Source: the human T2T-CHM13v2.0 reference genome, Homo sapiens. Taken from it: a DNA stretch of 64,000 nt. The position numbers and the translations under genes were made by a program. The stretch is from the NCBI RefSeq assembly GCF_009914755.1, contig NC_060937.1, one strand, 5' to 3'. The notes under the pieces are model-generated. The model had not been told where the DNA came from. It searched no databases and was given only the letters and a program-made list of their open reading frames with translations. Of this stretch, positions 1-12,861 are shown piece after piece (the stretch's first letter is position 1; every line of letters begins with the position of its first letter).

Positions 1-10
1 TATAAGATGT

Positions 11-22
11 ATGTGTGTATAC

Positions 23-57
<35 letters not shown>
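11..57. repeat. (TG/TA)n(CA)n microsatellite
   Basis: Directly visible dinucleotide runs; explains the [11 protein letters not shown] stretch of the 11..256 ORF. Confidence 0.95.
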
Positions 58-374
58 AATAAAAGGACATTATTATGTCTTATTAAAACTTTACCCATAT
101 GTCTGGACAATATCCCATCTATTGAATCTTTTATATTTGCAGGCTGCATGTTCATATAGCCATCTACAGATAGCAAGTGGATGGGACAAGGCACACCTTG
201 TATTCCTTTCTCCTCTTAAATTTCCGCTATCACTGGCTTCCCTGTTAATTCATTGAGAAAAAAGTTGGAAGTGAGGGGTAAATTCATAACAACTACAGTA
301 TAATGCCCACCAGTCCTCTGTTCCTTGTGACTAGATAACCTATCACATGCTCTGAATCACTGAGATCCTATATA

Positions 375-510
375 AAAGATTTATTATAAGGAATTAGTGC
401 ATGCTACTGTGATGGCTAAAATTTGTAGCATAGGCTAGAAGGAAGGGGACTAGAAAGAAGCAGAGATTGACGTTGCAGTCTGGAGGCAAAATTTCTCCTA
501 TTTTGTCTTT
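375..510 (-). mobile_element. MLT2-type (ERVL) LTR fragment
   Basis: gatttattataaggaattag...ttgacgttgcagtctggaggcaaaatttctcc resembles the reverse strand of MLT2C-type LTRs as recalled. Confidence 0.5.
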
Positions 511-734
511 AGAAAGAGGAGGAAGATCTATCTTGTGTACATTCCAAAAATTATAAAACTTCATATGAATAACAAATAAAACTGCATATTTGGATATATA
601 CAAATTTTTGTGTAAGTTACTTAATGATTACAAAATACTAACTCAACTTTAATTTTGAAAAGCTAAGTTTGATAAATTATGCCAACATTTCATCAAAACA
701 TTTCTCTTCTTCATTCATAGTCATTGACTGACAG

Positions 735-1070
735 CCAGACATATTTCCTACCCACCTTGCATTCAAGTGTGGAACTGTAACCAAGATTTCTCCTGTGGAA
801 TGTCAGAAGAAGTGCTATGTGATGTTTTCCAGAGAGTATATTTGACTTTTCAACCCTCTTTTTTATCTTCTTCAGAATAAATTCATACTATAGTAAGAAT
901 CAAGAGTAAATAAGACAAAAAATGAGGAAATCTGATTTGTGTTCAGAAGAAGTGCATGCTACCCAGGGTCATCTTTCCTGGACTGTTAAATTAATTATAA
1001 ATAAAAGGTAGCTGTGTCTGGGTGATATGTGAATTATTTTCTTAAGAGAAATTTAGTCTAACACAACTAA
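735..1070 (+). mobile_element. Old MaLR LTR fragment (MLT1I/J-like)
   Basis: catatttcctacccaccttgcattcaagtgtgg...tggaatgtcagaagaagtg resembles the MLT1J 5' motif; the 3' limit is uncertain. Confidence 0.5.
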
Positions 1071-1087
1071 TTTCCTTAGAAAGTACC

Positions 1088-1750
1088 TGTATTATTGTTT
1101 TGCAGCTGTAGTAACAAATTAACACAACATGGGTGTGGCTTAAAACCATGGAAATTTATTCTCTCACAATTCTGGAGGCAGAAAGGCCAAAATCAGATTA
1201 CCATGGTCCGAATGCATCCTTCCCAAAAATCCTATGTTAAAATATAATTGCCAATACAATAATAGTATTAAGAGGTAGGGCCTTTAGGAGGTAATTAAGT
1301 GATGAGTGAATAGGATTAGTGACGCTATAAAAGAAGTTCAAGCAAGCTGTTCACCTCTTCCAATATGTGGGGACACAGCACTAGGGCACCATCTACAGAG
1401 CAGATGGCAAGCCTTCACTGAACAATATATCTGATGCTTTGATCTTGAACTTCACAGCCTCCAGAACTGTGAGAAATGTGTTTCTCTTACTTAAAAATTA
1501 ACCAGTTCTGCCTCTGTCCTTAACATGGCCTTCTTCTCTTCTCTTCATATCCCACCTCTGTGTTTTTCTTATAAGGACCCTTATCATTGGATTTAAGACT
1601 TACTCAGATCATCTAGAATGATCTCATCTCAAAATCTCTAATATAATTACATCTGCAAAGACCTATTTTTTCAAATAAAGTCACATTTAGGGGTTCTGGA
1701 AGTTAGGACGTGAACATATCTTTTGAACTCCACCATTTAACTCACTATAG
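1088..1750 (-). mobile_element. MLT1B/C-type MaLR LTR, split by an insertion
   Basis: 1088-1198 is the reverse of the MLT1 3' end (ggcttaaaa...atttattctctcacaattctggaggc). 1507-1750 is the rest (aattacatctgcaaagacctattttttcaaataaagtcacatt). Confidence 0.8.
1199..1506 (+). mobile_element. MLT1A/MSTD-type MaLR LTR, 3' end missing
   Basis: gtattaagaggtagggcctttaggaggtaatta...gatcttgaacttcacagcctccagaactgtgagaaat matches the MLT1A/MSTD core. Confidence 0.8.
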
Positions 1751-4183
1751 TACCTTTAAGAAATTTTATGGAATATATCTTTTTTTCATTCTGTAATTGC
1801 ATTATTTATAATGCATCATATTGGTCATATAAGCATTTAGTAAATGCTTGCCTTTCTTAAGTAGAGCCTTTCATGTTTTTGAATACCAGTTATAAATGTA
1901 ATCTGACAGTCCCTAGTTTCACTGACATTAAGATATGAAATTTATCTGTAACTTGAAAAGAAAAGTCAGTCAAACTATAAAGGCACAAATTCTTTTATTT
2001 ACTTTTCATTTCTGGGAGCAAGGGATTTGGGTAAAAAGATATTCAAATATCAAACAACTGTTCCACTGCAGAGAAAATCACTCTAGCATGATGTTAAAAT
2101 AGGACACTTTCTGCCTCAGTTTCAGCTGAAACATATACAAAATAAAAGCAACAACTATTCAGACAATGAATTTTTTTTTTTTAAAAAAAAAGGAAAATGG
2201 ACTTCCAAAATGGAACTTATTTGGAAAGATGTCTGTTTTGCTTTCCCCAAAACAACACCAACAACAAAAACAGAAACAGAAAAGGGCAAAGAAAGGATGT
2301 TACTTCAAACTCCGGCTATAATGAGAAGGGCTTCAGCAGAACAATTTGAAGCATAGGTGTTCTGGTAATTGAAGGACATGGAGGACTATTTCCTGGCCCA
2401 TTCTTGGGAGAGATAAAATAACCTGCAGAGTAAAGAGCTGCATCTGCAAAATAATTGTTGTTCTTTCTGGTAATAGGTAATAAGTGCCTGAATTTCATCA
2501 ACCACATGACTTCTGTAGTAGTGTCAATCTGGCCTCATTTTAGAAGGGAGTCTGCTCAAGAGGAAACTATGTCATAGCAAAGAACTTCAGCAGTAAGAGA
2601 GTTCCTGAGAAATAAGCTGCAGCAGGAGAAGAGTCATTGTCCACATAACGGGAAAGGTCCAGATGGGACAGTCTCTGAAGAACCCATGAAAGCACCCACA
2701 TGCTTAAGATCTTTCTTAATCATCTTCCGTGCCTAGAGAATGCAGAGCCTCTTACAATGTCTCAAATAGAAATAATTGCCTGTATGGCAATCTTATTTAT
2801 CCTCCTCCTACTACCCTGAGAAAGAAGGGAGCTATGTATTGGGAAGAAAGAGAAAGGATGATGGTCCTTCCCCAGATGGTGATGGAAAACCTGTAGCAAT
2901 CCCTAGTTGGAAAACAGGGAAATTTACAGAAAATGAATACGATATTCTATTGCAATGTATATTCATAAAATGAATTCATTCAGGCACTATTTATAATCAA
3001 GTGAATCAAGTCACCAAATTAACTTTTACATAATTTTCTGTGAGCTACCAATGAAAACAGAGTAGAGAAATGTGCCACTCAACTGAACACTCATACCTCA
3101 TCTTATTGCCCTTTCCCAGTTTGCTCATGTGCTTTGGCACAAAAGCCGCCCCTTCTCTTGAGTTTCTGTGTTTTTTTCTGATAAAGCAATGCAGCAAAGC
3201 ATCTCAAACATGAATAATCCTCCTAGTTAGAGGAATCAAAAAATAAAAACAGCAACAATAACAAAAAGTAAGAAAGCAGTAAAAATTTTAGGGACACATA
3301 AATGATTTATTTTTAATAAGAGAATGTGAGATTCTGACTATAAGTTTTAAAATTAGAAACAATATATTATTGTATCTTTCAAATTCTCTTCTAAATTTTA
3401 TGCAAATATTTTTTATTTTTAATACATTTTCATAAAATTTAAGTTGTTATGATAAGAGTATAGAAATGGTCAGCCTTCTACAACTTACCTGAATGTATGA
3501 AACATAGTATTATAACTTAAAAAATTATACTATATTATTTTTTGGATAATTATTCCATAGAAACTGTTTGGCTACAAAAGGGTGAGTAAGTATATGGTTT
3601 ATACATTTTCTTATGAGAATAGTCAACTAAACCACAACCTCAAATTATCTATTGAGGTTATCCATAATGCGAGTGGGAGTGATTAAAATAGATAATATAG
3701 TTTTCCACTGCTAAAAATTTGTCTGTGCATGCAAGAAGCAGGTGATAATAGTAAGTATTTTGTTTGCTATTGTCTGAAGTTGTATCTTATACAAAAAATA
3801 GTCACATATGTGACTATTTTTTTAAAAATATTAAACTTAATATAAACAACTTTAAAATGCCATATGGTAACAAACACCACATATACCTAAAATGTTAACA
3901 TTGTAAATGCTTATTTGTCTATTTAAAATAATAAAGCACATAATAAAAGAAATATTGCATAATAAAACTGACTAAAATACTTATTAAAATAAAGCTATGA
4001 CTCACCCTAGACACCACACAGATGCATTATCAATTACAAAATATTGAATAATTTGCAAACAAAAGTTTTCAATGCTTGTGCAAGATTTTTTCCACTGAAC
4101 CTGTTCTTTTTGTGTTTGTTTTTAATAAAACTTTATTTTAATAGTTCTAAATTAACAAAAGTGTTTAGAAGATAGGATTTTCT

Positions 4184-7045
4184 GAGGAGGTGGAGCAAAA
4201 CGGCCAAATAGAAGCTTCCAATTGTCCCCCAATGGAATTATCAAGGAGAACAACTCTCCGCCTAGAAAAGCACCTTCATAAGAACAAAATAATCACATGA
4301 GAGAATCAAGTACCTGGTTGTTGCACAATAACAAGAAAAGGCTAATTGATGGGGACAGAAAGGACAGTTTTTCTTTGCCTACACCACCTGTCCACCAAAC
4401 CCAAGGCATCTCAGTGCAGAGAGAGAACCTGTGGGCTTGGGAGAAGCAGAGTGACGTGAGTGTGGGGCTTTGCATTGGAACTCAGTGTCACCCCATCACA
4501 GTGGAACTCAGCACTGAATAGAATTCTGCCAGTTCTCATAGAGGAAGCATTTAGACAAGCCCTGGGCCAGAGAGAAATCTGCTGCCCCAGCAGGAAGAAC
4601 CTGAGTCCTGGCTCACCACTGGCTGACTAAAGTGGCCTTGGACCCTGAACAAATTTCAGTGGCAGACAAGCTGTAGTGACTGTGGTCCTTGATTGAGCTC
4701 CAGGGCTGCTCTGGTCTCAGAGGCTGTGAGCTTGGGTGTGAAACACTGAGTGAAACACCAGCTGTGGTGGCCATGAGCGTGTCTGTGTCATCCCTTCCTC
4801 AATTCCAGGAAATGCAGCATGGAGTGAGACTCATTTCAATTGGGAGAAGGAAAAGGAAGAGTATAGAGGATTTTGTCTTGCAACCTGGTATCACCCTAGC
4901 CACAGTTTATAAAACAAGAGCACCAGGCAGAATTTCAAAGTCCCCTATTTCATGACATTCTTGGAAATGATGCTTCCTGGGAATGATGTTTTCTGGCCCC
5001 ACCCCAGGACAGAAAGGAATCTGCTGACCTGGTGGGTTGGACGTGAGTCCCAGGTGGCTTCACCACCTGAAGACTAAAGTTACTGTGGACCTTGACTAAA
5101 CATCAGTGGCAGTCACACAGTAGTGGGCAAGCTGCAGGATTTGGGCAAGCCCTGATGCTTCCCTGGTGTCTTAGGCTGTGAGCTTTTGCTGTGACTTAGC
5201 ATGTTGCCAGCTGCAGCAGGAATGGGAGTGGCCATGTTACCCCTCCCTTTAACTCTAGACGTCCAAGAATGGTAAAAGACTCATTCCACTTGGGAGAAAG
5301 AGAAGGAAAAGAGCAAGAAACTTTTCATGGGGACGCAGGGAAATCTCCCTCATCTTCTCAAAGTGCATCAGGACTGGTTATCCAGGAGTCTGCAAGAATC
5401 ACAGCATATCTGAACTTAGGGCACCCTTTAGTGCTGAAATTGCTGCAGTGAACACAGGATTAGGAAACTCAACAGTCAACCCTCTTTGAATTCTTGGAAG
5501 GTGCTCTGAAGTAGGATAGGTTCAAAAAAGGCCAGACTTTGGAGATTGGAATAAATATCCAACTTCTCAATGAACAGACTTTGAGAAATGTCCAAAAGCA
5601 TAAAGAACAATTAGGAAAACATGACCTCAACAATAGACTAAGTAAGGTGCCAGGGACCAACTCTAACATGATGAAATTATGTGAACTCTCAGATAGAAAA
5701 TTCAAAATAGCTGTTTTGAGGAAGCTATTTAAAGTTCAAGGAAACACAGTGAATCAATTAAAAAATTATCAGAGAAATTTTACAAAGAGATTGAAATATT
5801 TTTTTAAATCAAAAATAAATCCTAGAGCTGAAAAACACAATTAATGAACTGAAAATGCACCAGAGTGTCTGAACAGCAGAACTGATCAAACAGGAGAAAG
5901 AATTAGTGAGTTTGAAGACTGCCATTTAAAAATAAAATCAAAAGAGAAGAAAATAAATGAAGAATGCAAAAGAATGAATTATACTTACAAGTGTACTTCA
6001 AGACACAAGATCAAGAAAACAGCCTCAGAAGGGCAAATCTAAGAGTCATTGGCCTTAAAGAAAGAGTACAGAAAGAGATAGGAATAAAAAGCCTATTCAC
6101 AGAAATAACAACAGAGAACTTTACATATTTAAAGAAACATGAATGTATAGGTACAAGAAGGACAGAGAACACCAAGACAATTCAATACAAATAAGAACAC
6201 CCCAAGTCATATAATAATCAAAATCTCAAAAGTGAAGGAAAAGTGAGGATACTAAAAACAGCTGCAAAAAGAGGCAATTAACTTATAAAGAAGGTCCAGT
6301 TCATATGGCAACAAATTTCTCAACAAAAACCATATAGCCCAGAAGGGAATGGGAATTTTGTACCCAGCAAAGCAATCATTTAAGCATGAAGGAGAGATAA
6401 AGACTTTCCTTGTCAAACAAAAAGGAAAGAATTCATCATTATCAGACCTATCTTTCAGGAAATGCTAAATAGAATCTTCAGCCTAACAGAAAATGATACT
6501 ACTGTGCAACAATAATTATCTGAAGGTATAAAAACCCATTGGTAGGCACGCAGACAAATCACAGAACACTTTTCAATACAGTAATTGTGGTGTGTAAACC
6601 ATTCATATCTTTAGAAAAAAGACTAAAAGAAAAGCCTATCAAAATAATAACTACAACAATTTGTTTAAAATAGGAAATATATATATATATATACACACAC
6701 ATTGAAATAACAAAAGTCAAAAAGTGGGGGGAGGAATAGAGTTAAAGTGTAGAGGGCTTTTTTTTTTTTTTAAGTTTTTCCTTTGCTTATTTCTGTTTCC
6801 TTGTATTCAAAGTTAAGTTCTCATCAGTTTAAAAGTACTTGTTTTTACTATAAGGATTTGTGTAAGTCTCATGGTAACCACAAATAAAAAACCTATAATA
6901 AATACATTAACAATTTAAAAGCAAGAAATTTAAACATACCACCAGAGGAAACCACTTAACCACAAAGAAAGACAGTAAGAAAGGAAAAGAAGACCTATAA
7001 AACAACCAGAAAACAAGTAAGAAAATTACAGTAGTAAATTCTAAC
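4184..7045 (+). mobile_element. L1 5' portion (L1M1/L1M2-type 5'UTR + ORF1 + inter-ORF), 3'-truncated
   Basis: Starts ggaggtggagcaaaacggccaaatagaag (L1 5'-end motif), then a GC-richer 5'UTR and ORF1 remnants; ends at aaacaaccagaaaacaagtaagaaaattacagtagtaa, the region of the ORF2 start. Confidence 0.88.
5600..6500 (+). pseudogene. Disrupted L1 ORF1p
   Basis: Track ORFs give ELSDRKFKIAVLRKL and ENSLRRANLRVIGLKE...SLFTEITTENF, matching L1 ORF1p N-terminal and RRM motifs; broken by stops and frameshifts. Confidence 0.85.
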
Positions 7046-8124
7046 TGTATGTTCCATTAAGTATGCATTCTGCAGAGTTAAATGAATTTATATTCATATA
7101 TTAATAGCTTTACTTCATTAGTAAATCTATATTCATACTTACTACAAGATTTCACAAAATTGCAGTTTTAATACAAAGAACAAGAGCAATTGTTAACAAG
7201 AACATTAAGCTGTCTAGTGAGCTGGAATTCTGAAGTTAAATTAATAGAGTAGTCTGTTTACATAACAATAAGAGTATGAAAATCAGGTATAAATAATGGT
7301 GGAAGAATTGCAAATGGATCAACAAACTCAGTAAATGAATGTTTGTATGTTGTGTAATGCAAAACTGCTACTTATTGATGCATTTAAATACTATGCAACA
7401 TATTCATGAATATGCTTTATGAATATCTTGTAACATTGGAGCTATAAGCAATTCATGTTAAGTTTGTGCAGAATACAAATATTATTTATGCATTTTTAAA
7501 AGTTAAATAGCTAATCAAAATTAAAATATTTCACTTCATTTCCTTTTGTCAGCAAGGAGATTATTTGGTTAGCCTATTTGCCTAAAAGAATAAAAATTTT
7601 CTGCTAAACTGTGTTTGCTTTTGCTAAGGCAATTGTAACTGTAAGATATTTCAGTCAATCTAAGTGGAATATTTGGCTGCTATTTACAGTTTTCCGTTAA
7701 GATCCAAAAGTTGATAAGTTATGTAATTAGGACTAGTGGCTTGGAGTCATACATTCTTAATCCTCTCTACTTCTCCTTTAGAGGACAGGAAGTCTAGCAT
7801 TTATTACTTCTTTCTCAGAAATTAGGAAATTAGCCATCTTTGAAGTAATCTGGATCCCAGAATTAACTGTTAATTAACTCATCCTTATATAAAACATAAA
7901 TTTACAAGGCCAATAGTTTTCTTAATAACAAAGTAAAGAAAAATATGCAATCCACAGAGATCTGAGATACACTTTAGATGCAATCACATTTGACAAAAGT
8001 TTTATTAGTGTTACCTTAGATTCTTAGCATAACTAACTTACAAAGGAAACCACAATCTAGCCTACTGTTTTTTCTTTTTCATTGTTGTTCTTTTTCCTTT
8101 CTTTTCTGTTTTTCTTTCTTTGAC

Positions 8125-8670
8125 CAGTGATTGTCAATTTTTACTACACATTAAAATCATCTGGGGTTTAAAAAAAATCAATTCATACTGATAGAGACAG
8201 GAGACAGCCAAATGCTACCTAGGTCATTGTGCACAAGGGGCTTGCCTAAACATGCCCATTGTGAAAAATTTTGTCCCTTAATACATGCATCATAAGGGAA
8301 ATAAGTCACTGTGGAGTGGCTCAGATTAAGGGCCTGCATGAGCGCTGGGAGAATGGTGTGGGGCCTCCAGGAATTTATGCCTTATGCAGGGGAGGAGCCA
8401 GGACTCTTCAGCTGTGTGTAGTGGCCTGGTATTCAATCTATGAGATGGGAGCCTGTTGGTAGGACCCCGTTTTTCTGCACTGAGAGCTTTCTCCTAATAA
8501 ATCCATCCTCCTCACCCTTCAATGTCTTTGCATGCCTAAGTTTTCCTGGTCATGAGACAAGAACCTGTATTTTAGCTGAACTAAGGAGCAAAAAAAAAAA
8601 AAAAAATCCTGCATCAATTTTAATTCAGAATATCTGAGTGTGGGGCTCAGATACCAGTATTTTTCTAAGG
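8125..8670. mobile_element. MER5-type hAT/Charlie MITE, split by an LTR
   Basis: cagtgattgtcaa...aaaatcatctgggg (8125-8188) and taattcagaatatctgagtgtggggctcag (8617-8670) resemble consecutive parts of MER5A. Confidence 0.55.
8189..8616 (+). mobile_element. ERV1 solo LTR (MER48-like)
   Basis: TG...CA termini (tgatagagacaggagacagcc ... aatcctgcatca), aataaa signal, and ending tagctgaactaaggagcaaaa; no clean TSD. Confidence 0.8.
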
Positions 8671-9484
8671 AAAAAAAATGCCATTTAGTATATATTTTTT
8701 CATTCTTATTTCTGTCACTTGAAAGCTGATACCTATATATTTCTCCTGGAAATTATAGAAAGAATAGTATACCAATTTTCTCTTCTGATATTAGAAATTT
8801 TAACAAAAAGCAATATACTAAAAATCTAACAAAGGTGTGCTAGTTGTATAAATTTGGGTAAATTGCTTGAACTCTCTTGTCCTGGGCATACCTGGAAATG
8901 AGGAAGTAAAGAGTGTTTAGAACACATTATGTTCTAGATCAACAAGTAACATTAATTGTGTATCAGAATTACTAGGCTTCCTTTATTTTGAGAAAATGTC
9001 TGGACATCCACAAACATATGAAACCATAATTTATATTCAGGCTTTCTTTCAAGTAAAATGATATTCCAAAAACAAAAAGCTGCAAGTTCATTTCGTAACT
9101 CAAACAATTGTTCAAGTGATCTCACTCAAGATAGCCTCATACTTATGCATGCAACTGAAGGACTTTATGTGTATTTCTCATTTTGTGATACAGAATATTA
9201 AAAAAGACATTAAGAGTAGAGATTTAATAAATTTTTTAAAAGTACTGCTTTATCTAGAACATTCATAAATGAAACTGAACTTTTGTTCCCATGAGGTTGC
9301 ATTGTGCAAATGACAACATAATGAAGTAGAAATATAAAGTTTTCCTATTATTATGTAACTCATTTTTATCTTATGGATTCCTGAATTTATCTCAGAAACC
9401 CTCCAGGGATCTGACGGGTTTGAGAACCACTGGTATAAAGACAGACGAGTAACCTTTTTAAGAAAAGTAAATTATGGCACCATC

Positions 9485-10040
9485 TTCTAATGTATCTTGC
9501 TGTCTCTGGTTTTAGCTTCCCCCTGCCCCAATCTTCACTAAGCTACTGGATGGATCTCTGGTTCTCACTTACAAATCTTCAATAACTTTCCATTGTTCTC
9601 AAGATAAATTCCAAAGCCCTTCACCGGGCCTACATATCCTTCACTTCCTAGATTATGTGTCTGTCTCCCCAACTGCCTCTCTAAGTCTAATGATATTATA
9701 CTCATTTTCTCAAAGCACAATGCTTCTTTGTTCTTACAGGACTTTCTACTGTTGTTGTTGTTTTTTTTTTTAAATTTTTTTTCCGTTTGGAAATGTTTAG
9801 TTCTCCATTTCTGTTACTTGAATTATTTATGCTGATCCAGAAATTTTCATCAATTCCAGGGTCTGGTTGATTTTCTATAAGTATATCATAGCCTTTCATA
9901 CATTTTCCATGAAATTATCAATCTCACTGTGCTGTAATTTTGTTCACTGTAATGTCCCTTCTGTGTTCATTGCACAAGACTATAAACTCCTTGGATAAAG
10001 TATAAAATTTGTCTTACTCAAGTTTCATCTGTATTTCCAA
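9485..10040 (+). mobile_element. L2 fragment
   Basis: cttcaataactttccattgttctcaagataaattccaaagcccttc and agactataaactccttgga resemble the L2 3' region. Confidence 0.65.
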
Positions 10041-11822
10041 AGAGAGACATTTGAAAGATAAATTTTATCTGGCTAATATTAATATTTTCTTGTAGCCTAA
10101 CATAGCTGCATTTTAATGCTTACAAATAGTATTCCCCAACAAAGTAAAATGAAAATGAAAAAGAAAGTCAAAAATTATATGATTACACATGTACACATAT
10201 TGATATATTCGCTACATTTTTTGTACTATATTGTGACTAGTGAGCAAGCTGAAGGACATATTTTACAGAGATTTTACAAAGTTTTAGAATTTTATCAGGA
10301 TAAAATAAATAGAACACTCAGAACTCAATGCCACGAGCCATCATGATGGGTCACAAAAATAATGATATATGACATCAGGAGAGATGCCAAGGGATTGTAT
10401 TTATTTCACATCCAATTCCCAGTTTTTTGTCTAATATAAATTTCAAATTTAAATCTAAGGGCTCAGAGAATAATAGTTCATTTTAAAAAACCTTATTTAC
10501 TAATAAATATTTAACAATTGTTTTGTATTTTTTGAGTACCTGTAATGAAATATATTAATGTAGTAATCAATAAGGTTAGCTCTAGCTTACAGTGATATTA
10601 TTTATGATTGTACTATCTCCCTGGTAACTGTTAAATGTGATTTTTGTAGGAATATTTTTTAGATTTTGTGCTATTTTACTTCTATTCTTTTTATCTCAAA
10701 TTAGAAAAAAAATGGAGACCAAATTCTTATTTGTGAGAATGAGTTAACTCTATTTTTGGTTGTCTCATTTTGAGCATTTAACTGTCATAGGGCAGAGCAC
10801 AGACCATTTCATCCATTTTAAAATAATACACTGTCTCTTTAGGGACAGTCCTGTCATTTGTTTTCATTTTACTGAGGCGTCTCTCTTTAGATTGAAATAT
10901 TTATTAAAGGGAAAAGTCCAACTTCCTGAGACATGTAACCAAAAGATGAGATTTCTTAATTCACACTGTATCTGAAACACATTATTCTAGCTATTTTAGC
11001 ATGGTAGGTTATAAGCTGCATTTTAAAATACAGTGTGTTGATCAAACTATTGAGCCTTGAGAGAAACAGGTTCTTGTTTAAATTAAAACTTTATTATTCA
11101 CTGTTCATCTTCCCATGCATTATGCATTCTAGTCATTGTGCTTCTTTAAAAAATAATCCATAAAAAGCATACCAGCCTAGTATATAAAATTGGTTTCTGC
11201 CCCTTTGGTTTAAAGATATGGGAAGGTGATTTGCAATGAATTTCTTTACGAAACATTTAATTTTTATAAAGAAACTCTCTTGCTTTTTACCTTACTATTG
11301 TAAACATAAGATTTAGGTTAAATTACTTCAAAATGTCTTCAAATGCAATATAGAATAGGTTGCCAAACACATGTCAGAATTAGACTGGGTAAATATTTCC
11401 TTCTGTTAACATGAATATCTTTTGTCATCATTGTTTTGCAGAATGGGAAGTTGTAAAAAGGATCTTTGTAAACCCTGGAGAATTATAAATATATTATGCG
11501 TTGTATAGATAAAGACAAAAACATTAATTTTCAATAATAATTTTACTAATCACACAGAAGTTATATAAGGGCAATCAGACCGCCTTCCTGATGTATATAA
11601 AATAATTCTAAGAGAGAAAAAAAAGACTTTTTTACTATGCTAAAAAAAGGCCATGAAAAATAGATACAAATGTAAAAGAAATCATGAATTAAAGGCAGGG
11701 GGACACTTTTTTGATTTTCAAATGTCTTCAGTGAAGGAGGAAAATACCATCATACAAAAGATAGCTGTGTTAAGTGTTTTTTCTTTAATTTCAAGAATGA
11801 ATATGTGTAATTTAGAAGAATG

Positions 11823-12182
<360 letters not shown>

Positions 12183-12499
12183 TTATTCAGAAATGATACC
12201 AAATTTGTCAGAGAAACAGTAACAAAAGCTACATATTTACCATCTGGAGCTGCAGTAGATAATATCTTTTTTTAGCAAATAATTTTTTCTTAGTTTTTAA
12301 ATCATTTAAGTAATTTGGCTGGACTGTCTCTTAATAACATATTATCCAGTGTTGCTTTTTCCTTCCTACAAAATGTAAAGTAGAAGTTACTGTCATGATC
12401 ATTCATGGAAGAAATGTATTTGAAATATCAGCTTCATTACAATTTAGAGTTAAATTATTAATCAAGTATTCCATAACAAAACTTTTGTTAGTAGATAAT

Positions 12500-12861
12500 T
12501 GATATGGTTTGTCTTTGTGTCCCCACTCAAATCTCATCCTGAATTGTAAGCCCATTGTCGGGGGAGGAACCTGGTGGGAGGTAATTGAATCATGGGGGCA
12601 ATTTACCCCCACGGTGTTTCATGATAGTGAGTTCTCATGGGATCTGACAGTTTTATAAGGGGATTTCCCCTTCGCTCATTTATCATTTCTTCTCCTTCCT
12701 GTTATAATGTGAAGAAGGACGTATTTGCTTCCCTTCCTCCATGATTGTAAGTTTCCTGAGACTTCCCCAGCCATGCAGAACTGTGTCAATTAAACCTCTT
12801 TTTAAATAAATTACCCAGTCTCAGGCAGTTCTTTATAGCATCGTGAGAATGGACTAATACA
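12500..12861 (+). mobile_element. THE1 solo LTR (THE1C/D-like)
   Basis: tgatatggtttg...ggactaataca termini with a perfect 5-bp TSD ATAAT (12495-12499 and 12862-12866). Confidence 0.95.

Noticed and set aside
2171-2191. T12-A9 inverted run
   Set aside because: Homopolymer juxtaposition; trivially self-complementary.
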